64,000 nt of DNA from Amoeboaphelidium protococcarum X5 (Eukaryota; Fungi; Aphelidiomycota): NCBI GenBank assembly GCA_023515725.1, contig JALDTO010000192.1, positions 1 through 64,000 on the forward strand, in the 5' to 3' direction. Of this stretch, positions 53,347 to 64,000 are shown in pieces. The notes beneath the pieces were generated by a model. The model had not been told where the DNA came from and ran no database searches. It worked only from the letters and a program-made list of their open reading frames with translations. Every line of letters starts with the position of its first letter. Positions within the stretch are counted from its first letter, which is position 1. The position numbers and the translations under genes are program-made.

Positions 53347-55545
53347 TCATTTCTACGTCATTGACCGCTTGAGGATCGCCTCAAAGTGTCTATCAGGCAT
53401 CTTGAAACTGCTTTTCAAACTCTATGCAGCTTTGTCCTTTCCATTCTGTAACATTACAAGTATCGTGTCCGCCAAAGACTTACCTACCAGGTGTAATCCA
53501 TGCTCCTTTTCCAATTTCAGCTATTGCGTTAAAAGTTTGCACTCTGAGTCAACCGATTTTTAATACCAAGACTTTGATTTCACACTTTTTAACATCTTGT
53601 ACGACGACTACAGAGCATCTAAACGTTCATTTACATCTGTGCACTAACCGGCTTAATAAAGAAATGTATTCGCATTCATCAACTTGTCATCCAGGCCATG
53701 ATAGTAATCATAGAGTGAGCTGATATCTTGCTATTTCAAATATTTAACATAAAGAGTCTAGGCAAGAGGTTAATCTGGCAGCATTTAGAGAAACTGAGGC
53801 AGAGGAACGTTGCGACGAATGTCAAATATGGCAGTATAAATAAAGTCCGCATCATGACTCTGAATTGCTTTTTCAAAAGCGCTGTCATATTACCTCATTT
53901 ACAGCAACATTGGTATCTGATTTCGACTATTACGCTCTTTATCCAGCAGAAGACTTGCAAGATAAGGTCGGGCGATCTAGTAAGCAACTTGAGCAAGTTG
54001 TGCAAACGAGACATCTTTTCCCAATTTCTATAAGATAAGACTGGCCAGCTGTTCATCATTCAACTTGCTCTATAAAATCTTCTTCTTGGCCCAGTCATTG
54101 GCTACAAATTACACCTTAGCATTACAATACTGAGTAATCTTCATAGCGAGATAGTGTTTATTAAGACATAGTAGAGTTCTCAGCAGACCATCCAGTGTCA
54201 AGTCTCGATACTGCTTGAAAGTCAACAACAAGCCTTCATCTTTACATTGAGATATCACTCTGAGGTCTTTAATCAATGATTGAGCTTCTTGCGATGCATA
54301 ACTCGCATCTGAATGGAAGGAACGTCCAAATGCTGCAGCTCGCAACAACTGCTTCTGAACAGATACATGATGCTCGACTTGAGCGGCATCAAGCAAAACA
54401 TCTATTGCACCGCCCATATCCTTAATGCTCTAGATAATGTTAAAGCTGGCGCAATAACGAGCCTCAAAATTCATAAAAGCGTCATAAAGAAGTGCACCAT
54501 CTGACGTGGAGCCAATACCAAACACCTGCTCTTACGAGTCTGATACTCTGCTATAGAAATCGATACTCCCCCCGCTGTGCATAACTCTGCAGCCATCCAA
54601 TTCATTAAGCATGTAGATAGGCGAAATAATACTACTTTGTGTTTACAAACTATCACTATAATCAAATTTAATCCAATCCCCCGATGGGCCGAGCATTAGT
54701 ACCATACCATCATCCAATTGAACCAGAATAGAATCATTACCACACCAACACAATTACTGCGGAATAGTCTCTGTATCAAAGTCAAGATACTGCTTGGTAT
54801 AATCAGAGCTAAGCACCTTTACACATCCATTAGTGTCACAACACGCCAACAGCTTACCATTGTTACTCAGTACCATCTGCATATTGACTGAGAACATCTT
54901 CTTGGTCACTGCATGTGTAGAACTGCATATAACTTGACAACTATCCATATCGGATTGCATCACCTACTCCCTGGTTGATATGAGAATTGACTTGGTAGCA
55001 GAATTAAGTATACACCAAGAGAATGGAGGTTCAAAAAGAGGAATAACCTTTAACAGAGTGGTGTTCATAGAGCGGCAATCATCAATCATAATAAACTTAA
55101 ATTACGATGTCATCACCACAATCTTCTTGAATCTGAATTGCGCATCCAGCAGACTTACTTGCGAATCTTTAATGATGGAATGCATCTCATAACTCCATCC
55201 ACTACTGCCGTCACCATTAGACGCAGAAGTGGTCGAAGCGGATTAAAAGTATCGCCTAATGGAACCATCCTCCAACACAACAATAAGATCGTCTTCAATC
55301 CAACCAACACCGACAATAATACCCAGATCTATGATTATACTAGAGACCAAATGACCAGTCAAAGTGCGTACATCGATCGTTGTTTTCAAAGACTTGGTAT
55401 CCGCGTTCTATGAGTACATGGCCATAAGTCTACCATTAGTATTCATGACCACTTTTAAATCTGTCCAGTTTAATCTGTATGTATCATTCTACCACAACTA
55501 AGTCTTTCTATAATTAACATTTTACAGTAAATACCAATCGTTCAT
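53347..55545 (-). CDS. VPS16: HOPS/CORVET subunit Vps16, about 732 aa
   Basis: N-terminal W...YRK; WCGNDSILV; QKQLLRAAAFGRSF; GKSLADTI; TGA 53347-53349. Confidence 0.85.
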
Positions 55546-56307
55546 TGTTGATAGCCCAGAAATAACTAATGAGTCTTAAATGTTTAATGTCAATTTTTAT
55601 GGCAGGGCGCAAACCAGAGAAAAAGAAGAACTTCGCGCGTAGAATCACTGGTCTTTATAAAAAAGCACACCTACTGCTTTATATGTACTCTGCCGCAATA
55701 TTCTGTTGAAATAACTATACAGTGATATAGTGAGACTCAACATCAATATCATATTCTCCATTTAAACTGGCGTTTTAAAGTCAAATTTGAGCTTGGCAGT
55801 GCTATGAGCTAATGTTTCATAACTTTATTACTTTCACGTTTCACGTTCTATTACATTCGAATGTAATATCAGCGATCAATTCTTACTGTAAGTGCGTGTC
55901 TTATTACATAAGAATTAGAAAATATTAGATGTTATCCGTATGCTTTCGTCGTGAGACTTACATAGAGATAAAGAAGAGAACACCAACAAGAATGTGTAAC
56001 TGCTTCTAGTTTTTCTATACTGTGTGTGAAACTGCCAGGGGCACTCTGTAGAATCAACACTAGTATTCCCCCTTGTTTGCGCCTCAGTTTATCTCTGTTT
56101 CTGTTGAAGACGGTACTGAAGCAGCCGAACCGTCGGCTTAGGTTACCAAATTGAAGGACCTCGGATGAAAATTCATCAAACACTCTTTGACAGGTTGAGG
56201 ATAAAATACAAGTTCTTATAGATCTGATATTTTATGTTACTTATTTTTCTCTACAGTTTCTGCTTTTGAAACTGATATCCACAGAAAATAGAATATTTAC
56301 CACCAAG

Positions 56308-56871
56308 ATGTTCACTTAAATTGGTCTTTTATTGCTTATTGTCGCGTTTGTTTACGCGTCTGTGCTGCCTGATATTACTGTTGGATCGGAGTAGTTGATA
56401 TTTCCTGGCTCCAGTTCTGTAAATGGAAAAACCTGCTCCTAGGATGGCGTATGTGTAAATTTGGTCGATACTGATGAGGTGGTAAGCAGTTGGTCTGAAT
56501 ATGCTGATGAACCACCTATCAGAAAATGCTATTTCTCTGATAAGCCTGGCCTTCCTGCAAAGTCTGAATTCGCTTACAATTATACCTTGAGCGACACGAC
56601 ACCATACCTGACAGCCATCCTCGGCGTGAACAACTGCCTGTATGAGGATATTAGTGGCTATGGTGGAAGAAAAGGTGGCCACTTTCCGGCTGCATTCGAT
56701 GTTAAACTGGAAATTCTGGGGGATAGGCGCGACAAAGAGCACCCTGTGGTCGCTTTGCATTTTTTCGTCAAGCCTGATTCCTCAGTAAGAGATTTCAGAT
56801 TTTAGGTTTTTATCTCGCTTTGGGGTTCATAAGGATCGCCAGCCATTTTGAGTTTTCATCGCACCGATTGA
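56308..56871 (+). CDS. Small secreted protein of unknown function, 187 aa
   Basis: Signal peptide MFTQIGLLLLIVAFVYA; 4 Cys; open frame to TGA 56869-56871. Confidence 0.7.
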
Positions 56872-57223
56872 TAAATTGGTTGGTCGTTAATGAAGAAGAA
56901 TACGGGGGATATGTAACTGGAGAATTTAAATAATAAGTGATTATGACAAGATATATAATAATTGAGATTCCTAACGTTTACCCATCCCTAGCACTACTGT
57001 AGTTATTCTATGGGACGTTTCCGCAATTTCCGCGATCGCCTTTTCCTTTCCATATTCTCTCAATCTCAGCCTTTCGTTTCTCGCTCTCTCCTTTCCCCGC
57101 TCATCATCATCCATGAGCATTAGCATCACAGCTTCTCACCTCCTTCTTACTGTGTTTAAATCATTTATAGATTGTATTTTTCAAGTATCTGAGAGTATTT
57201 AATAAGAATAGTATAGTATAGCA

Positions 57224-60200
57224 ATGTTGGGTCCTAATTTTTATAGCGGAAAATAGGTTCTATCAGATGGTGGGTCTCTCCAGTAGTAGTAGTAGAAGTA
57301 GAATATGGGACTGTAGAACAAAGAGCAGTCAACTATGGAGTTTGATAAAGTGGTGAGCCATATTGGACGAAAGCTTATCTAAGACTCTATCCAACTTCCT
57401 ATCTAATAAAGTGGCTCAGTAAGTGGTAATGACTCGCGTGCCTACAGTTCTCCTTACTCTGCACTGGTCACCCTGTCCATGGAACCGTTGCCTAGCTTCT
57501 TACTATCTCAAATTGAGTCTGTCGAGAGCAAGTGCTTTATGGGATAGTTTCCAGAGTTGGGTAGAGTGTGGACATCGATTGATAATAAACTGTACATCTA
57601 TACCGTTCCATCGAGTCATGGTCAACGTTTAGATGCCGCTGTCTCTGGTAATAATAGATTTGTTCAACAGCAGCGTCAAGATTTTTTCGTTTATGAAGGA
57701 CTGAGCGATCTGGTACTCTTTGTTGAGTTAGTTAAAGTGGACAAGAATGTGCAATAGAATCTGGTTGTTGATGCTTCCACTTTGGAGTATCTCTTGGTGG
57801 TAGGAACGCGTTCCTTTGTCGAGATTCTTGGTGTTAATGCTAGTAATCCTGAGGGACTCACTCTTTTTGATCTTGGCTTGAAATGTGCATTGGGTGATCT
57901 AGTCATGTTATGCTGCCGGGCACTTGAAGGCAGGATTATTCTTGGATGTCGGGATGGAGATTTGTATTAATTGCATTATGCCATGGAGGAGGGCTGGTTC
58001 AGGAGAAAGTGTTACCTGGTTAATATTAGTCAGACTACAATCTCTTGGTTTCTACCGTCCTTTGTCTAGTTGAAGAAGAATGATGCCGTAGTTGATCTTG
58101 TGGTTGACGCACAGAGATCTCTGGTTTATACCCTGAGTGCCAATGGTAATGTCTGGAGTTATCTATCTCTGAATGGCAAGTTTGAAAAGGTGTCCAGTGT
58201 TAATGTTAGGAATGATGTGTAAGCTCTATCCAATGGCGTCATCAAAGACAATATTGAAGTGGTTAATATTTAATGTATCACACCTGTCAAGTATTCAAGT
58301 GGAGTTGAGCTTTGCCTCTTAGCTGTAATTTCAAATGGAGTTAGAGTTTATTACTAGAGTTAGGGTGATGGAAATAAGAGATCTGAGTTGAAAGCTACCC
58401 ATTTGCGAAGTCTCCCTGGAATGGATGAAGAGATGTCACTCACCTCGTACGATACTGCATTCTATAATAACGGGTCTTTTCTGTTGTCTGGAGCTAATAT
58501 TAATGGAAATGCTTTATTTTTCAGTACTCTGGATGTAGGCGCAGTGGTGTTGAGACGCGGATTTGTTGAGGCTGCCAACTTTTCACCTACTTCAGATAGA
58601 ATATGGTCGTTTGCATCTTTGTACAATGAGAATGGTAAACGTGTTGAGAATGGATTGAATGATCTATGTGCACAGGTTTGTACTACTTCTGAAGCATACT
58701 AAATACTCTCCAATGAAGGAATGTACACTGCGATAAAGAAGAGACCGATTGATTATCTTGTAGAGTTGCTCAAGAGTTGCAATGGTCAAGAGACGGAGGA
58801 TTTAAGACGCTTTATTGACTCTTTCTCAGAGGAGCAGTATCATGCGATGTTGATAGCCATTGCCGCCGATAATGTCATTGTCTATTCGTCCGATTCCGTT
58901 GCTGGACCAATGAAGATGTTTAGTAATCAGTTGAAATCGTGTGCTTAGTCGTTATTTTTTAAGCGTGCATACTAGAATAAGCTGTAATTTGAGTCAAGGT
59001 TTGATGGTGCATTCTAATAGTAGACATTGTAACAGCAGGGACAGCAGTAGTAATACTCTCCTTTTAAGAATGGTGGTGGAATCATGGCTGGAGTCGGAGC
59101 TGATATATAGCCATATTTTAGCGTTGCTTATCACTCGCTGGTTTTATACTTTTCTCGCATTTCTAGATGTGCATGGTTTGCGTAGTTGTCTGAATTTAAC
59201 AACCTGAAATAGTCTGGAGAGTTGACTGTACTGTATCAGAATATTGCTGGATTGCTGCAATTTGTCAAGTAGATTTAAGGGTCTGGATCGGTTACCGATG
59301 CACAAGAACTGGCGTTGATTAAATCGTTTGCCGATGTCGTTGATACATTCAGTCAGGGTATTCAGTGTTTATCTATCGTTGTTCCGCCGAAGGCTGATGG
59401 ACTTTGGAAGAAGCTGAATGGAGATAGACCTGGCGATTTTGCCAAGTAGGAGATTGGGGGTCTGTTAACTACATCGAAAGGATAGAGTTAGATGAGAGAG
59501 ATGATTCAAGCTCTAATTAATTAGATGATCGTCAAGAATTCTAATGTCGCCCCAGTTTGTGAAGAACTATCTTCAAAGTGTCTTAAATTCTTCAAGACTA
59601 GTGATAATAAGCTGTTCAAAGCAAGGGAGTTGTTGTAGAACATACCGCTGAGAAGGGGAGATCCATCAAAGTTGATTGATGATGCTTTCTAGCTATTGCA
59701 CTAATCTGTTGGCTCAATAGGCATTGGTCAATTGGAGAGTTATGTCCTCTCTTTCAAATAGTATGGTGCTCCAGAATTGGGTTTGCAATTGCTTCTTGGC
59801 TGTGCAAAGGCGTTTGATCCCGATGATTTATTGACTAGGTATCAGCGCGAAGTTTATGCTGGAAATCCTGTAGAGTTTCCTGTGGCTGTAAAACATAGGC
59901 TAAGTTGTTATGAAATGGCATTGGACTTAATCAGAGACTTCATTAGCACGGCGAAATCTTAGTCTTAGTAGTCTATGGATGTTGTTTTGTAGTCATCTCC
60001 AATTATAAGTGCCGTGATGAATACTTAGGATGACTTGTATTTTATGGAGCGTTTCTATGATTAGATGGTGGCAGAGGGAATGTTGGTGTACTTCGTTAAA
60101 ATGCCGCAATGTCTTCGACTGGTGCAGTATCTGGAGAAGAGATAGTATGAGAAGGCAGAATTTGGTCTTTACCTGAGCTTGTATTATCGCAGCTAAAAGT

Positions 60201-61018
60201 AGTACGTCTAGTCAGTGTAAAAATTGTATGAATATGCGACTTCAGAGCTGTATCCGGCAGATTTGGAAAAGAGAATCGAGATGCTCACCCTGGCCATCAG
60301 TATTGCGGAGAGTAAAATGGCTGAGGGATTTAATGAACAGTTTGTGTCGGAACTGCAAGATTTGTTGGATGTCGCCAATGTATAATGGGAACTTTTGAAA
60401 GCTGTGACTGGTTCAGTTGATATATAGACTCTGAATAGCTTGAATTTGCGTATTTACAGTATCACCGAGCTGTTCAACATGGCTCAGGAGTTGAATTTGG
60501 ATCAGGTGAAGTTGTCGATTATTGCCACCTCTGGGCATTAAGATATGGATATGATTCTGTCAATTTGGCAGAGCATATTAAATCAACAGCCAAGAATTGA
60601 AGACAAGTATAGTGTGATGGTGTTTTTGTGTTAGAAATTCAGAAATAATGAAGTTGTGCTGCCATTGAAGCATGTTCTACCTCTATTTGAATCTGAGGCT
60701 GCCAAAATGGACGCGCCAGACTTCTGGGTGCCTGATATCTTATCAGCTGCCGGATACTCGTAAAAGGACATTGTTTGTGCGTATAACGAGCTATTCGAGT
60801 CGAAACCTGCTCCTTTTAGTGACAGCAGAGCGCAGATGTTCTTACTTGAGAAGTTGCTTCAGTTAATCTCCGTATGGATAAAGTCGCCTGATGAGTTGGA
60901 TATATTTGTGCTGCAGGAACTGCTTGGTTCGTATAAAGTGTTCCTGACAAGTCACCAAGATTCAGATCTTAGTCTAATGCTAAGTAATAATGAAAAAGAT
61001 TTGAGTAAATACAATTGA
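57224..61018 (+). CDS. NUP170: Nucleoporin Nup155/Nup170 family, about 1264 aa
   Basis: MGQFPELGRVWTSIDNKLYIY; GRIILGCRDGDLYQLHY; EEGWFRRKC; KRPIDYL; ELQDLLDVANVQ; TGA 61016-61018. Confidence 0.88.
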
Positions 61019-61083
61019 TATCGCATTGCCAATCAAATTGAATTAATTTAAATTGTCATTTTATCTATCATAATTAACGTTCA

Positions 61084-62433
61084 TCATTCTAAATTTACAT
61101 TTTCCTCTGTATTTTAAGACTTGGTTTACACTTCTACGGTACCATCATAAGGAACGGTCTATTCACGATTCGTGATCCAACGCTGGCCGGGTATTGACTT
61201 TCTAGCCAACTTGAATAAATCTTTACCATCGTCTCTTTTAGATATTTATACCGTCTCTAATTACCCTGAAGGAGCACACACTTCAAGCTCAACAAGTCCA
61301 GACTACCGCAACTTCTTTCCCAAGATACGACTGTAATTTAGATCAATAGAATGTCCATCGCTCATACAACCTTGCTCAGTACTATCGATAGTGACACGCT
61401 CATTCTTCCGCAATATGAAATAAGAGTAATTCCAGTCCTCAAAATTCCTCTTGGACTTCTTAAGATTAATTAGTAGTTGAGACATACCATTCCGCTATTT
61501 AAATCTACACACACCAGGTGCACCATCTGTCTATTTTGAGATTATGGGACACTTTTAACTATGAGGACACGGAGCTATGACAGAGCAAGATTCTGACAGT
61601 TCTCCCTCTGCATTCAGACCATACGTGTTTAAAAGATAATCTCGGGCTGCGTTTACTATCCTAAAGCCTTCAGTAGATCCATGCTCGATAACTAACAGGT
61701 ACTTGCCAGTCTTTTGCCACAGAGCATCCAGCGTCATTCTACGCGAATTATCACTTGGCAGTTCTGTCAGTAAGTTGGCACATATCGCCAGATTATACTT
61801 TTTTGGGTCAGATAAACTGATATATCGCTCCAACCTCATCTTTGTAGTATTGTAATGCTCACTATCGCTGCTAACATCACTACTATCATGATCCATTGAT
61901 GGTGGCAGTTACCCAAAGTAATCAGCGGCGTCAAGCATTTGTTGCGACACGTCAATGCCATAATACTCATCCAGGACATTATACTTATGATTAGACCAAA
62001 CGTCACGAGCAGACATAAGTCCTACACCAGGTCCACATCCAAAGTCTATCACAGACTGAGGAGTAAATTACGAATCAAGATCTTTCAACTCTTCCAATAC
62101 GCGTCGATGTAGTGCATAACTTGAAGGTAATCTTGATGTAAGGTACGCGACTACTTCTCTAGGCCCGTATTCTAACACTTATTTCTTCACAGCTTTATAT
62201 TTGAGTAAAGGACTGGATGGAAGCTTGGATTACGCTGATTATGATACAATATCGATTGATTAATGCTGAGAGTTGAATGCATTACGCCATCGCTCCACAT
62301 CTTCTCTAATTTCCTTCAACTTGGCATTATCACCTTGCTCTTTAATGTAAGCTTATACTGCAACATCAAAGCTCTTTGGAAATTATATCATATATCCGCA
62401 TTTTCGCGTAACTATCCGCAGCGATTACTGCAT
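61084..62433 (-). CDS. RSM22: Mitochondrial small-subunit methyltransferase-like Rsm22/METTL17, about 449 aa
   Basis: AYLTSRLP, VIDFGCGPG, LLVIEHGSTEGF, VIAPCPH..CP, YSYFILRK; TGA 61084-61086. Confidence 0.88.
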
Positions 62434-62775
62434 GATTCTAATTTTATACTACAATATAGCACTGGTCTCTGAAAATTGATCAAAAGTTTGAGTAAAAAGA
62501 TGTCTGGCGCTTGCCCGCAAACAGATTTGATTGATATCATGGCCCACTGACTGAAGGTGGAATTGGCTTTAGGGAATGCTAGAGGAGTTTATTATTTATG
62601 TCTGACTTATCACATATCTAGTTTGTTAGTTATACCTCTTGCCTCTCTTTTACCCACCATCGTCACGCTATTAGTCAATCGAGTTTGGCTAATCAGTTTA
62701 GTTTACGCGTTTCGCAACTTCTGACAACTTCTTTGCCTTAAAATAGCTGGCGACTAAATATTGTCAATAATCAAA

Positions 62776-64000
62776 ATGAATATCAAGTTTGAAAATGAAA
62801 TTGCGCGATATACTGATTTGGATTATGTCAACGCTAGAGAGCATAATCCGGTGTATCTTGATGCGTCTGGAAGCTCTTGTATAGATATCGGAGGGGCGAT
62901 GGCTATATTTGATGATTTGGAATTTACTGATAAAAGCCATCTGCTCAGATTTAGTAGTGATAATGACGTGTAAAATGTTCAATCCGCTGCGGAGTTTGTG
63001 CGAGTTGAATTGGAAAGTTGGACAGCCTCGCTGAGGATACTGAGGTGAATAGCATCAAGAAGTATGTGATAACTTTGCTTCAATGCGCGACGAATGCTTT
63101 AAAAGGAACATCTCACAGCTATGAGTGGAAGCAAAACGTGGAGATTACTCGAAATGTGGTTGGATAAAATCAGAGTGTTCGAGACAACTGTATGATGAGC
63201 AGAGTTTATTGCCCTCGTGCCAGCATTCCTGAATTTATTCTGTCCAAGTCTGGTAAGTAGGTTATTGGTCCTCTCGGGGAGGTTAAATTGGATAGAGAGT
63301 TGTCGAATAAACTAGATTAGCATATCAGGTAAGCTGGACTGTATGGCGTCAGTTTTCTGTAGCGTGTATTTCCAATGCTGCCAAGCCGGACAGTGACCAG
63401 TATATTTGGGGAAGAGTGGTATGTGTATGTACCGCTGATGTCGCATAAGAGTATCTATATTCTGCGCATTGATTTATTTGATATCTATAAATCTGGCACC
63501 ATTACTATTTGGAGATCTAATCGCTTCTCCGGCGCTTAAATGGCTCACTGTCTGACATCCTGGGTATTGTGGGCGCTCAGAGTGTATGATCAGTTGCAAG
63601 ATCTATCCCTTGAACTAAATCAACCAGTTGCCAAGTATTGTTGGACTCCTCCGCATTTGCTGTGCCGAGTGTTCCCGCAGTTGGACGCCTCCAAGCTGGT
63701 TGCCCGTCCATCATTCTCCTATATACATTGAACGGGGCGATAAGATAGATTAGAAAGATGATTAGAAAGATATGAATTAGAAGAATGAAGGGCATGTTTA
63801 CAAACTATACAGTGTTTGGACTGCTAATGCTACTCCCGTTTAGACTGAATTTCTAATTGATTCATATATATGTCAGGGCTGGATATAGCGTAAAAAACTT
63901 TTAAAGATGCCATATTATGAGCTTGGCGACTTGTATCATAATCCGCCTCACGACTTTAAGAAGCTCCTAAAAGTTTTAAACCAAGTTGTGAGTATACTGA
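62776..64000 (+). pseudogene. Frameshifted PD-(D/E)XK-fold plus protein-kinase gene (Crinkler-like architecture), running off the window
   Basis: Coding-like sequence switches frame near 63018 and near 63724; PEFILSK...GEVK...Q motif, then VYKLY...LKMPYYELGDL kinase-like segment. Confidence 0.5.

Noticed and set aside
287-62433. Mass pseudogenisation as the explanation for in-frame stops
   Set aside because: The interruptions are only TAA/TAG, occur without frameshifts in essential genes, and fall at conserved Gln sites.

Overview
Gene-dense, intron-poor eukaryotic DNA from a fungus-related opisthokont. It uses a non-standard nuclear code: TAA/TAG encode Gln and TGA is the stop. The supplied ORF track assumes TAA/TAG are stops, so it fragments almost every gene. 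Re-translated by hand, the window holds about 28 intact genes: POB3, NMA111, two paralogous surface proteins, SMC5, carnitine acyltransferase, an EF-hand protein, SDHAF3, NRAMP, two halves of an MscS-like channel, ERV25, RMND5/GID2, a DUF866 protein, G-alpha, calponin, HSP60/HSP10, SFP1, a GH31 enzyme, ceramide synthase, Cdc15/Cdc7 kinase, AP-1 sigma, an FtsX-like permease, VPS16, a small secreted protein, Nup155/170 and RSM22. There is also an intact DDE transposon and a frameshifted nuclease-fold/kinase gene. Code and gene content fit the aphelid alga parasite Amoeboaphelidium protococcarum (inference, not verified). Most notable: (1) an Msy1/Msy2-type MscS channel split into two convergent genes; (2) all 10 inferred introns end in TGTAG; (3) a GH31 enzyme with the complete QQRWY sulfoquinovosidase signature; (4) an NRAMP gene whose homology ends in (TAA)5 with no nearby TGA; (5) a DxxH-group transposon with asymmetric ends. 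Coordinates were derived by hand, and long ORFs were only partly checked codon by codon.
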